64,000 nucleotides of DNA, taken from NCBI RefSeq assembly GCF_004010195.1, contig NC_057718.1:11861640-11925639 (forward strand). Direction: 5' to 3'. The notes below the pieces were generated by a model. The model was not told the DNA's origin. It did not search any database and saw nothing but the letters and a program-made list of their open reading frames with translations. Source of the DNA: Chiloscyllium plagiosum. Lineage: Eukaryota. The translations under genes were made by a program, and so were the position numbers. Positions 11,693 through 25,088 of the stretch are shown here, in pieces; positions within the stretch are counted from its first letter, which is position 1, and every line of letters starts with the position of its first letter.

Positions 11693-14304
11693 GTGTCAAG
11701 TCTTCCTTGCCCTTTTTGAGCCTAATGAAGAGACTATTAAAAAACTTGTTCTTTTGATATCTTCATGGAACATGGCTAGGCCAGCATTTGTTGCCCATTC
11801 CTAAATACCCTTAAATTCAGTGACTAGCTCAGCCATTTTAGAGATCAAATAAGAGTTAACTATATTACTGTCAGTCTGTAGTCAAATACAGTTTTGATAT
11901 CTTACCTGGCTAGACCAGGGAATTGAGCCCACTTTCCCTAATAATTAGTGTGAGCCTCTGGATTATTAGTCCATTGATACTTCCACTGTGCCATCTTCCA
12001 ATTTTAGTTCTTGTGGCTTTTGTTCACTAGTGAATCTCTGCATTCTTTTTGTTCATTTCAGCTTTGCCAAAAAGAGCAGAAGTCATAAATCATTGATACA
12101 ATTTAGCAGGACTCTTTGGAACATGGAAGGGAGGTACTTTCAAACAATACAAAATATGGAAGTACAGCCGCCAAAAGCTCATCTGAAATCAGTTTTACAA
12201 AACAAAAAAAAAACTTATGGAATTTTTCTCCAAGATTTTGTTCTGGCAGTGGGAGCAACACACAATGTGATTGCTGCAAATGGTGGAATTAACAGAACTA
12301 AAGATGGCTGCTTAAGGGACATTCTTGCAGCATCAAGTAAGGGGTCATGTGAGTTTTGGCATAACGGCCAATTGAAGAAACAGATATTGCTCTAATTTTT
12401 ACTGCTTGCAATAAGAAATGTAACAAATGATATGGATTTTATTTTTCATCCTGATGCTCTGCATGTAGATCATAACATTCCAACCAGATTTGAGTAAGAA
12501 TCTAGTATCTGGTTTGAATGGCAGTAAGCCTCTTGTATTCAATGTCTATATATGCAGAGAGAAGTCTGCAGAAGAAAATAATTTTCATTTCTTTGTGTTA
12601 AGAAAATATGTATCATAAAAAAAAATGGTTTCTAGGTATTGATAGTGTTGATGGCTCAGAGATAAGACCAGCTTATCCTTATTTCCACTCTCCTCAAGAC
12701 TGTCAAATATAAAGTGGAAAAATAGCTATTACTGAAACACTTGGAATGTCACTCTGTCCCCCTCAGCCCATACTTAGCTAACAGTCTTGGACGGTAGGAA
12801 AATCTTTTTGTAACACTATTTTGAGGTCACAGTTCATGTGAATGGGCTAGTAAATGGGTGATGGCAAGTCAGCAGCTCGTTTGACATCTTCCATCATATT
12901 TTTCCCATTAGGCTAATGGGAACAAAAATGAAAGCTGGAAAATAGGTTGCAAGTTCACTAATACCACAATGAATCTAAATCCCTGTAACTATTTGCTTAG
13001 TCCATGTTAGCCATATGGTAGCTACCGCAACTAAACCAAAAACAGGCGTCTATTGTTCAAATGGTGGTAATCAACAATTATGACCTAGTTTTTTTGCTGG
13101 ATCCAGTCTTTCAAATCCTGAGTCTTACAAAGATGGGAAACAGCCCACACTGGGATAGGCTGCATGAACCAATATATTGAGGTCTAGTATGTTCCTAAAT
13201 TCCTAAAATGCAGGGATATGGGGAAACAGCAGAGGAGCATGATTAGCTTTAGATTAATTTAGCCAAGGATCATCAATGGTAAAGCAAGCCAAATAATCTC
13301 TATTACACTATAAAGATCTATGGTTTAAAGCTCATTTTACTGTCTGGCAAACTTTATTGCAGATGCTTAAGAATGCTTCTAATCTTTTGCAACTTAGACT
13401 CGCCAAGTATGCTGCTGTTGACTGCAATAATTACGTCTTATGTGAAACACATTATCAACCTAACAGTTACAGATTATTCTTTACTAACGGCACCGTGAAA
13501 TACATACAGCACTATATAAATCTGGACAATTTCTGTTCTTCCTATACTTACACCAAAACTTGTTTACTGAAAATAACTACTTTGTTCTAACTATGGACCT
13601 CCTCATCTTTTGCTCATTGAGAGGAATTTTTGAACATTTGTGATCTAATTTCCCTCTAACCATGACCATAAAGTCATTTGGTTATCATTATTATGTCTTC
13701 TATACATTTGTTATAAACCTAATCAAGGTCATCAGATTATTTTTGTACTTCATGTCCAAACATTTTTCACAACAAGAATGCAAATTCCCATCCAGGCATG
13801 AACCCTGGCAACAAGCAAGCAACACAGCCTTGCGGACTCATGATCTTGATTACAAAAAATGCATGTAATCTACAAACCATCCCCCTCTCCACCCTACTAA
13901 ACAGCCCTCTACTCCCACTATATTCCTTTTGATTACCCACACTTGAATGGCTCCCTGCACCACAATGCCATGATCAGGTCTCAAACCCACTCTGCAGACC
14001 CCACTATCATCTGTACAACCTTCAGCAACTTCAAATCTAATGTTCCTCTGGTGCCAGATTCTGGATTTCCACACCTACCTCACTCACAGTCACACTCTCC
14101 TATCCCTGGGCAGAGACTAATCTGGTGCAATTGCCTTTGAACGAAGTTTTCATACAACATTTCCCTTTAAAATTCAGATTCTACCTCATCAACTCAACCT
14201 TCCTTGAACCACAGAGACTTATGATAGACGTTGCGTGGATCTGACAGTTGTCCATCATCTCCCACATGTAACAACTGTAGTACATCACCCGATGTGCCAT
14301 CTTT

Positions 14305-15915
14305 ATTAGACAATAGACAATAGGTGGTGCCCTTCGAGCCTGCACCACCATTCAATATGATCATGGCTGATCATCCTTAATCAGTATCCTGTTCCTGCCT
14401 TATCTCCATAACCCTTGATTCCACTATCCTTGAGAGCTCTCTCCAGCTCCTTCTTAAATGAATCCAGAGACTGGGCCTCCACTGCCCTCTGGGCCAGAGC
14501 ATTCCACACAGCCACCACTCTCTGGGTGAAGAAGTTTCTCCTCATCTCTGTCCTAAATGGTCTACCCCGTATTTTTAAGCTGTGTCCTCTGGTTCAGCAC
14601 TCACCCATCAGCGGAAACATGGTTCCTGCCTCCAGAGTGTCCAATCCTTTAATAATCTAATATGTCTCAATCAGATCCCTTCTCAGTCTTATAAACTCAA
14701 GGGTATACAAACCCAGTCGCTCCAGTCTTTCAGCGTAAGGTAGTCCTGCCATTCCAGGAATTGACCTCGTGAACCTACACTGCACTCCCTCAATAGCCAG
14801 AATGTCTTTCCTCAAATTTAGAGACCTGAACTGCACACAATACTCCAGGTGTGGTCTCACCAGGGCCCTGTACAACTGCAGAAGAACCTCTTTGATTCTA
14901 TACTCAATCCCTCTTGTTACGAAGGCCAGCATNNNNNNNNNNNNNNNNNNNNNNNNNNNNNNNNNNNNNNNNNNNNNNNNNNNNNNNNNNNNNNNNNNNN
15001 NNNNNNNNNNNNNNNNNNNNNNNNNNNNNNNNNNNNNNNNNNNNNNNNNNNNNNNAATACCATGCGCCCTAATTTTGCTTACTAACCTCCTATGTGGGAC
15101 TTTATCAAAGGCTTTCTGAAAGTCCAGGTACACTACATCCACTGGATCTCCCTTGTCCATCTTCAGAGTTACATCCTCAAAACATTCCAGAAGATTGGTC
15201 AAGCATGATTTCCCCTTCATAAATCCATGCTGACTCTGACCTATCCTGTTACTACTATCCAGATGTGTCGTAATTTCATCCTTTATAATAGACTCCAGCA
15301 TCTTTCCCACCACTGAGGTCAGACTAACTGGTCTATAATTTCCTGCTTTCTCGCTCCCACCTTTCTTAAAAAGTGGTACAACATTAGCCACCCTCCAATC
15401 CGCAGGAACTGATCCCGAATCTATCGAAATCTGGAAAATAATCACCAACACACCCACGATTTCTCGAGCCATCTCCTTCAGTACCCTGGGATGTAGACCA
15501 TCAGGCCCCCGGGACTTATCAACCTTCAGACCTAACAGTCTCTCCAACACCAATTCCTGGCAAATACAAATTCCCTTAAGTTCAGGTCCTTCAGCCAGTG
15601 TTACCTCTGGGAGATTTCTTGTGTCTTCCCCAGTGAACACAGATCTTAAATACCAATTCAATTCTTCTGCCATTTCTTTGTTCCCCGTAATATATTCCCC
15701 TGTTTCTGTCTTCAAGGGCCCAATTTTAGTCTTAACCAGTTTTATGCCTTTCACATACCGCGAAAAGCTTTTACTATCCTCCTTTAGATTTTTGGCTAGT
15801 TTACCTTCGTACCTCATGTTTTCTCTGCATATTTCCTTCTTAGTAATCCTCTGTTGTTCTTTAAAAGCTTCTCAGTCCTCCGTTTTCCCACTTATCTTTG
15901 CTATGTTATACTTTT
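14305..15915 (-). mobile_element. Relatively young CR1 LINE (RT to 3' tail), interrupted by an N gap
   Basis: ORF 14657-15817 carries canonical CR1 RT motifs (YLDFQKAFDKVPH, RPHLEYCVQF). (TCTATTG)n tail at ~14305-14322. Confidence 0.96.
14933..15055. other. Assembly gap (123 N)
   Basis: Direct reading. Confidence 1.
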
Positions 15916-17984
15916 TTGTATTTTACTTATTGTATTTTATTTAACTCCTTTATGTTGAGAAATATCATTCAATGATTATTTGTCCTTATATCAAGTCTTT
16001 TAATTTGTTAATCTATTAGCCAATGCAATATTTTTATCTTTCCAATAACTTTTTAAATGATTGCCCCAATTGCTTCACCTCTCACATCCCTCTGCTAGTC
16101 TCTGGCTCCTTCTTTCAGCCCACACCTTTTCTGTAAATGATTAGAACACCAGCACCTCCCTCAATCAGCAAATTTCTGTAGTTCATACTCTTCGCAGCTG
16201 TCTTGAGTGACAAGATTTGTTCTTGATCGCATTATGTGCTTAGCAAGACCACCTTCATTTTTAATAGCTGAGTTTTTACAAAGATGCAAACAAGAGATCC
16301 AGTTCTAATCAGCTACATGAATAACTGACCATAGTTCCCTCTCCAATAGTGAACTTGTATATTCCTATGACTGAAATAAACTGAACTTTAACAGCAAATG
16401 ATAGTTAAATTCTAAATGCAAATTTGATTATATTTTAGATGTTATTTAATCCCTAAGCATTACCCTTGACATTCCCTCCATCTTCATATTAACAGTATTT
16501 TGTGTTCATTGCATTCAGTGAGATCTGGTATCTCTGTGCTTGCCTCATGCTTGGTTACCAATGGGTCTCAGTCAGTTCAAGCCTAGTGGAGATGGCTGGG
16601 TTAGTGAGGATCACAGACACCTGATTTTATGGTCACCTCCACACCTAACATCCTTCTCCAGGGGGCATGTAAAATTCCATAGTTCCAAATCAAATTTTAA
16701 TTGATAATCACTCTTCTGAACAGTTTTGGGATATTTTCCTATGTTAAAGGCACTATATGAATACAAGTTCTGAATGACAGAATTTGACTAACATCTGCTC
16801 CAATACTGTTCCTTAAGAATGATAGAGGTCATCTCACCAAAGTCACTCACTTTAACTTCAAAAAGCACGAGGTTCAGAATATCCAGTCTGAGAAATTTAG
16901 AAGTTGCAGGCGTTAGCTCTGGGTGAATCTAAGCATTTGAATGAGGAGATGTAAATGGAGTTGGGAATACTGGAACAGAAACTTAGTACATCTGGAGCCC
17001 AAATATTAGGGTATCAGGTAACCTACAAACTAGTCTCATCTCTGTGTAGCTGCAATCATCCAGTTAGGTTAGATTTTGACAAGCATACTGTGGATGTGCC
17101 CAAATCAGTCCAGTGATCACTTAATTTAAGAAGAAACCTCCTTGGAAACCCTGTCCAGTTCAGAGTTACTTAAAAATTTCAAATGAACATAGTCATAAAC
17201 CAAACCATGCAATCAATGATGAATCTCTGACTATAGAAACTGTGGGCTCAAAATACAGCAGTCTCTTGTCTCGTTTCAATATAATAGAGTCACAATACAA
17301 GGTTTCAATGACCTCATTGCAGAGAAATTGTCTCTTCCCACACAAACCCCTTCATTGTGAGGGAGTTCTAATTATCAAAGGAATGGCATGAGTTGACACA
17401 GTTGTCTTTCCAGATGACAACTGCATTCTTCTTTTCACCCTGCTGCCCTGGTCAAATAATTTATAAAACAGGCACAGAGAGCTCACATGACTGGGCAGTC
17501 ACGGGTTCTGTCTGAGAGAGTCTGTATAACCTCTTTTTCAATAGACACAAAATGGTACCTAGCAGCCCAATCTCCAGATGTCCTCTTTCCATGAGGGAAT
17601 TATTTAGATGCAGCACTGGATTAAACAATGGAAGCACTCATAAAGCATGTTCATGATGTAAGAAGCACACAGCACATATATGCACCACACAGTACTGGGG
17701 CAATTAAACATTTGTTCTGAATAGGAGGTTTTTACAATGATTATATTTGAGATTGTCTTTAATCCAGGGTAAAATGAAGGAATGAAAAGGATCAAGTGAA
17801 CACTTCAAAACTGTCCTAGGTGGCCTGGTTACCATTGGGCAGGGAGCCAATATTGAAACTTGTTGGGAGCATGGTGCAAAATGTTCATACTTGAAAACAG
17901 AAGCAAAGATAGCTGGGCTGTCTGTGAACAAACGGTATGTCTCCAGAGAAAGATAGAGAGAGAGGTTTCTCAGAGACAAAGCTC

Positions 17985-18070
17985 TTCATCTGAAAAAGCA
18001 GCAGCACTCTGAAAGCTTGATTTTTAAATAAAGCTGTTGGACCAAAACCTGGCATTATGTGACTTCTGAC
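17985..18070 (+). repeat. Old relative of the 38593-38829 HHR element
   Basis: ctgaaaaagcagcagcactctgaaagct...taaagctgttggaccaaaacctgg aligns with 38749-38825. Confidence 0.6.
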
Positions 18071-18194
18071 ACTGACAAACCATGGAAGAGAAGTGGGCAG
18101 TCAGGTCTAATCACCTCTTTCACTGCCCACTGCCTGAACCTGTTAATGGCCACTTGGCCAGAACAGGAACAAACCAAAGATTCAGTTTCTTCAG

Positions 18195-18330
18195 AACTGA
18201 AGAAGGATCAAACACATTTCAAAGATTAACTCTGTATCTCCCTACAAGATGCTACCAGACCTGCTGAATTTGTCCAGCATTTTCTATTTTCATTTCAGAT
18301 CTCTGGCATCTGCACTATTTTGCTTTTATT
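18195..18330 (+). repeat. Degenerate single-arm PLE-pLTR-derived repeat
   Basis: ctgaagaaggatca...ttaactctg...agatgctaccagacctgctga...ccagcattt. Confidence 0.6.
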
Positions 18331-19611
18331 AGCGTAATGTAAATCTGGGTCAAGGTTTAATAAGACTCCAGGTGAAAAGCAGAGTGAGGAGGATCAAAAC
18401 TGCTTTCTACACAAGCTGTAGGAGAATTGTACATGCAATGTAATCAACCTTCTTTCAGTTTGAGTCCACTGTTTTAAGAACCATGGAGGTTTTCCAATTT
18501 GGAATCCTCTGCTGTTTTAATTTGGCATTCTGTAGTACAAGAATGATTTCTACTTGGTGCACAAATAATTTAGCATAATTTATGAACTAACCAAAATGTC
18601 CCTTGAGCAAATTCAGAGACCATTCATGATGATTAGTCTGTTACTCGGAGGCTGCTTTCAATTATTCTTCCTGCCTGCAGCAACAGAATTAGCCTCTGTG
18701 AATATGTGAGCATTTCGTTTATGAAAATAAACAGGTTCCGTTCAAGAAAATTCCATATTGTCATGAATTGATCCAATTCTGCAGCCAGGTTTGTGTCTAC
18801 ATTTGTCTTGGCATATTGCTTTCCTGAGTTGCAGGGAAATTGCAGTCAAAAGCATATTACTAATTGGGTTTTATAATCCTAATATATTTTTAGTGATATT
18901 TTTTAGTATTTACTTATATTTAACCAACAGTGGGGAAAAAGCAAAACCATTGAGAGTAATGAATAAACTGCAATGATGATGAACATTGACATGATACATT
19001 GGTGAGGTAGTTCAATCTAGAGAGAATTTAGTACTGAAATGTTCTTCTGGCACTCAGCTATTTACACATATGGCAGATGGAGAATGCATAATAAAGTGTC
19101 CAGTTACCCAGTTGCATGCGTTGGGAATAGGTATCTGTGCAGACTGATTATATACTGTAATAACTGCCAGAATAGGATGTCTGTTTGGTCATCAGTGCTG
19201 AAACAGTAGAGGTGTATAAGAAGTTTTTGAAGACCAAAGACATATTTTAAAAAAAGGAGTTAATTTCTTCAGAAGGTAAATTTCAAAATAATGTTTCAGT
19301 GCTCTCGCCTCTGTGTTCCAACTTCATAGCACCTTGGTCTCCTAATTCCATTCCTAGCAAACCCAATATAAAACACTATCTCTTTAAATAGAAGACGTTG
19401 CCTTCTATGCCAACACTGTTTCTCAAGGGTCAATCTTACTCCCATCTTTAGAACCTAACACAGAGCAAGATTATTACCAAAAAGAAGAAGCCAAAACTTG
19501 ACATCAAAATTATGATGAGTTTAATGTTTTCTGTTGTATTTTTCTGCAATGCACAAAATTACAGATCTCACGTCAGGACTTGTAAACAATCTAAGTTCTA
19601 TTTATTTGGAG

Positions 19612-20390
19612 ATTGCCATGATCCCAGGTCAGACCACCAAACTTATGCTTTGATCTGGTTGGGGACAAGTAATTTTTAATTTAAAGGAGACAAAGTGTGC
19701 ATCCCAGGTACTTAAGATAATAAAGCTACAGAATTCCCCGCTTTATTATAGAAAAGATAAATATTACTATTCAAAGTTAGAAATACAATGCAACTTGCAA
19801 AATCTGCACAATTATATTCTAATGTCCAGAATTAACATGCTGCAAAACTTGAAGCAGACAAATTGAGGCCAAACACTGCATGGACACACCACAGAGAAAA
19901 TGCGATCAAGACAGATCTCAGCTTATTCACCATTCTGATCTACTAACATAGTGGGTGATCAAATGTTATTAAACTTTTCAAAGAGATTCTATTTTTCTCT
20001 GTCAGAGACCCAGCTATGGAAAACCCTCAAATGCCATCATGGACTGCCTCACTGACTGCTCATGTTCTGTTAGTTCATCCTACTTTCCTGATACCAGGCT
20101 CCTGTGGAATTTTGAAACTCTGTTCTAGCACATGCTCACAGGGACAACTCCAGGTTTTCCACAGCAATGGAAACCTCACCAAACTAGTCCTGCCCCTATG
20201 TTTCTCATAGCTCTAACTTTTCTCAACTGCCCATAGCAAGCACCGCCTTTGGCTTCCATTTACCTTTGCTTTCATCTGCACTGAAAGAGCTCTTCCTGCT
20301 CCTTGGTACCTAACTGCCCAAAGTTGGTAATTAACTCCTTTGACTGTCCCAATCCAACTGTTAAAATTGACTGTTCAATAACCCTTAAAC
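19612..20390. repeat. Possible LTR-like interspersed repeat
   Basis: Starts TGCCATGATCCCAG and has LTR-like composition. The far end and any TSD are not resolved. Confidence 0.25.
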
Positions 20391-20397
20391 TGCTCTG

Positions 20398-20713
20398 AGT
20401 GGTTAGCACTGCTGCCTCATAGTACTAGGGACCTGGGTTCGATTCACGCCTTGGGTGACTGTTTGTCTGGAGTTTGCACATTCTCCCTGAGTCTGTGTGG
20501 GTTTCCTCCGGGTGCACTGGTTTCTTTTCACAATCCAAAGATGTACTGGTTGGGTGAATTGGCCATGCTAAATTGCCCATAGTGTTAGGTGCATTAGTCA
20601 TAGGTAGACATAGGGTAGGGGAATGGGTTTGGGTGGGTTGCTCTTTGAAGGGTAGGTGTGGACTTGTTGGGACGAAGGGCCTATTCCCACACTGTAGGGA
20701 ATCTAATCTAATC
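20398..20713 (+). mobile_element. HE1-type tRNA-derived V-SINE
   Basis: Partial A box (AGTGG), B box GGTTCGATTC, V-core GGAGTTTGCACATTCTCCC, CR1-like 3' end and (TCTAA)n tail. Confidence 0.93.
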
Positions 20714-20990
20714 AAAAACAATTCTCTCCTTGTCCTTAGACAATACTGATTATAGTTAATACTTTGGAACTGTCAAATGTAGCAACCCTTTAAAATCATC
20801 TGTTTGATGAATGTTACTATATCAAAAATTATCAGAATGTATAACATAGATTTGTTCATCAGACTGATTGGTTACTGAAGTTCAGTATATGTCGTTACGG
20901 AGAAACACAGTTCTACAAGCTGGAATAACAACTGCTGCTTGTTACATGTTCCATATCCTGGTTATTATTAGCATGTTACCTTCTTGAAGT

Positions 20991-21281
20991 GATTAGATTA
21001 GATTAGATTACTTTACAGTGTGGAAACAGGCCCTTCAGCCCAACAAGTCCACACTGACCCGCCAAAGCGCAAACCACCCATACCCCTAACCTAACACTAC
21101 GGACAATTTAGCATGGCCAATTCACCTGACCTGCACATCTTTGGACTATGGGAGGAAACCGGAGCACCCGGAGGAAACCCATGCAGACACGGGGAGAATG
21201 TGCAAACTCCACACAGTCAGTCGCCTGAGGCGGGAATTGAACGCTGTGAGGCAGCAGTGCTAACCACTGTGCCACTGTGCC
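20991..21281 (-). mobile_element. HE1-type V-SINE
   Basis: Reverse complement of the same family, with (TTAGA)n at the left end. Confidence 0.93.
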
Positions 21282-21509
21282 ATGATATCACAACAATCTT
21301 GTACAAGTATGTGGGAAAGCGAGGCTACACCACAAATTGCCAGTTGCCATAAAGTGCTGGGGGAATTTCAGCATGTCTGTTAACTTCCTTGCAAAAATGG
21401 CAGCTCACCCTCAACAATCCCATGAGTTTCACAGAATTGCTGCATTTGCACATCAACTTCCAATTAAACTTGCCACTGCACATTACGGTTGGTATTTTAT
21501 TTTTGATCA

Positions 21510-21890
21510 CTCATGGTACATGGGCAGCCACCATTTATTGCCTGTCGCTAGTTGTGCTTGAGAAGGTTGTGTTGAGCTACCTTGCTGTAACACGGCAGTA
21601 CATGTACTGTAGGTTAAGCCACAATGCCCTTAGGGAGAGAATACCAGGATTTTGACCCAGCAACAGTGAAGAAACTGCAATATATTTCCAAGTCAGGATG
21701 GTGAGTGACTTGGAGAGCAATCTGCAGGTGGGGTGTTCCCATGTATCCGCTGACCTTGTTCTTCTAGATGGAAGTGAATGTGGGTTTGGAAGGTGCTTTT
21801 TAAGGATTTTTGGTGAATTTCTGCATCTTGTAGATAGTACACACCACTGCCACTGAGTGTCAGTGGTGGATGGAGGGAATATTTGTGGAA
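21510..21890 (-). mobile_element. Old CR1/L2-group LINE 3' end
   Basis: Reverse-complement homology to 1320-1920. Confidence 0.75.
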
Positions 21891-22799
21891 TTTAAGTATA
21901 TTTTTGTACTTAATAGCATAGTAGTTTTATTAATGTTAAGATTTATGTACCTTTAATGCTACTCAAACTCTCTGGCCCAGAAAAGGAACAACTTCATTCT
22001 TGCAGACATTAAATATTTGTTAAAGATTTTAAAATTTGAAATTTTATAAAAAAGTACAGTTCCTTTTTGTTTTCTTTCTCTCTCTCAATCAAATTTACTT
22101 TGCAGTTGTTTCTCTTTCTCTATTTTTTCAATCAAGTTAATTATCCTTCTTTCACTGTTCCTTTCACAATCTTTAACTCTCAGTGAGGAGGTGGTCTTTT
22201 AGTCTCATAATTCTCTAAGCATCTTGCTCGTCTCATCACAGAGGTACATTATCAGTTTGCAGCTATTTTCAAAGTTGAAGAATGAGAGATGAAAGTCTAA
22301 CAGGTCTCACTGAGAGATATCCCACTTTAGCAAAACCTGTCCCAATATGTTGTCTCGAACTTGATTTCCAAATACCAACAGCTTCATATATAAGACTCTA
22401 AAGCTTAAGAAATAAGAACAAGAGTTGGCCATTTGCCCCAGTTGAGCCTACTCCACCATTTAATGGCTGATCTTCAAGGCTGCCACTAGTCTACTTGACT
22501 GTCTCGCGTCAACTGTTGGATGATCCAAAATTTCCGTTGATTTTCTATCAGCAAAATGCAAGCCAAATGTTTTCAATTGTGCCATCATTGATCTGCACGG
22601 GTCCAGCTCCAGCTCATTGACTGGTCAGCAGCCCACTAAGACTGTTGTGTAAAACTTTCATTCTGGTTGAGCTCATCAAAAGAGAAAAGGTTGGGCTGAG
22701 ATAAAGAATTTGTGAAGAACTGGAGTGATCAGTCGTCTCTTAATATGACTGAGTATAGATTAAGAAACAGTACTTGTGTATGTAGGGATGTGTACGAAT

Positions 22800-22970
22800 G
22801 CAGCAAATTTTATAACAGTTGAAATGGTCTTCTCAATATAGTATCCTCGCCAATGTTACAGCTATACTGTTAATATCGCCACTATTATAGCCATGGTTTA
22901 ATTTGGGTCATTGCTGGGTGGATGGAAAAGCAAGTATAGTGGGACCGTTTAGCATGTCCCATTTAAAGAC
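22800..22970. repeat. Short interspersed repeat, copy A (MITE-like)
   Basis: Direct homology to 24248-24400 (atcctcgccaatgttaca...ccatggtttaatttgggt...gcaagtata). Confidence 0.7.
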
Positions 22971-23909
22971 AGTGGAACGGTCTCCAGAAAGTTGTTAAAA
23001 AGGAATAGTAGATACCCAGAAAAAAGATATTGAGGGTAATATTTGTGCACAGGATGCTCTATTGTATCATTTTACATATTTTAGCAGTTTAAAAACTCCA
23101 GAAAAAGGATTTGAAAGAAATCCAGTTCACAATATCAATACTCAATAAAACTTTTTCAGATGCTTTGAAAAGTACATTCATTAGCAAAATAAGGGTGCCA
23201 GCACAACTCCCGCACTTCCATCTTATCTTTAAAAGGGATATCCACAACAAATGCAGTCAGTTGGAAGCAGAAAGATGGAAAATATTTAGTACGCATCAAG
23301 GAATAACAGAAATCCTAGTGTTCAATTCTGGCTTGTTATACTGACAATGTCAGAAATATTAATTAATACAAATAAAGTTCCTCACTCCTTTCTTCAAGTA
23401 TACAACTACAGCACATTGGAAATTTCAAGTAACGAGAAAAAACATTAACACACAAAGTTTTAATTGTAGTGATTAATGTCAATGTTCTGTCAGTCATGGT
23501 CCTCATGAATACCATGAACTGCATGACTGGTGGTGCAATGTTATAGTGTTTTGCGATGATGTCGTCTTGTTGCTAGGTAAATATTATGTGATGTGAGTAA
23601 CTGATGCTTATGTGTTCCTATAAATCATTTGTATGTTTGTATTAGCTATTTTGAATTTTGCCACACGCATATAATCAATGCTAGCACCAATGCTGCTCAT
23701 TTCTCAGGAGCAACAATTAACTGAATACACAGGGATCCAACTGACTGACGGCTAATTACTTGACATGAGTATGACAGATTACCTGTTTGCAACAACTCCC
23801 AAATAAACAAATGTCTTCACTAGTTCAGAGTATCCTAATCTCCAGCTTTGAAATTTCTGAGATTTTAGGGTTATCTTGTATCTTCAGGTTCCTGGTCATG
23901 GAGTGCCTG

Positions 23910-24250
23910 TCATGCTGATACTATGTTGGGCATTGGTTTTTGTTGTATGATAGAGCCTTGACACAGTTCAGCAGTGGGTAAGATTTGTTGCAAGGGATCT
24001 CCAAGGTTGGCTTGATTTGGTGTGGTTGTACAGTAATGAGAAGAGGCTCTTTCTTAACAAGATGTAGTTTATTGCATGATAGCAACTCGGTGTTACATCG
24101 GTGTGGTAAACATTGTTTCAAACAGAATGAGGGATACTTCAATAATAGCTCTTACTCCTTTGCTGTCCAAAGCTGTTCTCCCATCTGAGTCCATCTGACA
24201 TTCATATATTGGGCGCTACTTCATGCACTCCTCAGCTTTAACCCTTTCAG
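23910..24250. repeat. Diverged copy of the solo-LTR-like repeat
   Basis: Collinear blocks shared with 25089-25467 (gagcct..acagttca; taatgagaaga; tttattgc.tgata; tccaaagctgt). Confidence 0.6.
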
Positions 24251-24400
24251 CAAATTTAATATGGGACTTTTAAAACAGTTTAAACGGACTTCTCAATAGG
24301 GGAAATTAGGGCATCCTCACCAATGTTACAATTATGCTGTTCATATCACCACTTTTATAACCATGGTTTAATTTGGGTGTGGATGGAGGAGCAAGTATAC
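24248..24400. repeat. Short interspersed repeat, copy B
   Basis: Homology to 22800-22940. Confidence 0.7.
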
Positions 24401-25088
24401 AACACCCACACCCCCAGCTTATTAACATTAATGTCTCTCACACTTTTCCTGCTATCTCAATAGTTTTCTCTATTAGTTCGCTCTGTTTCTGTTTCGCCAC
24501 ATGCCAGATCTGCTGAGTTTTTCCAGTATTCTCAGTATGTGCTCCTAACCCTCTTGCTGTATTAGACTTTGTCTGCTTAGGTTTCTAAATGGCTCCTTTA
24601 CTGCTTTCTCTCTCAATTCACAATGAACCCAAGTCTGCAACCTCATTTAAATTGCCTTTTATTGCCCTCGATTTCACCTACTGTAGCCATGCTTCATTGT
24701 ATCCAATCGTAGTGGCAATGACTGGAGGTCCTGTGCTTCCATTGAGCTTTTCCAGCCTTTAAATGACACTTTTTGTTTTTAAGGTTTTCACTTGTTCACC
24801 AGGAATTTCCATTTCACCGCCAAAGCTTCTGATGTCTATTCATTCTCTAACTGAGCCTCAACTTAGGGTGCTCCCATAGGTTATCCGCACCAATGCAATC
24901 TGTAACTGACTAGGCACGACCACCTCTGTAAGTCTTTCATCAGGTTGGAAATGCTTTCTCCATCAACTGATTCACCCTTGTAGAAACTTGCCATGGATTT
25001 TCTCTTCTGCAGGGATTTTGAATGTTCATATCTTTCAGCTGCTGTGGTCACACGTCTGTGTTTTCATTTTCACCACTGCCTTTTTAGT

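Noticed and set aside
14657..15817. 386-aa ORF as an intact protein-coding gene
   Set aside because: It is CR1 ORF2 read through 123 N. The equivalent interval in the CR1 at ~56780-57245 is about 460 bp, so the continuity is an artefact.
18973..19037. Possible C/D box snoRNA (ATGATGA ... CTGA)
   Set aside because: No convincing terminal stem or identifiable rRNA guide. Such motifs arise by chance in AT-rich DNA.
20398..20450. tRNA gene
   Set aside because: The A/B boxes belong to the tRNA-derived head of the HE1 SINE; there is no complete cloverleaf.
23491..23580. Small hairpin (cagtcatg/catgactg) and RFX-like GTTGCTAGGTAA as a promoter or miRNA
   Set aside because: The stem is too short for a pre-miRNA, and there is no CpG island or other promoter support.
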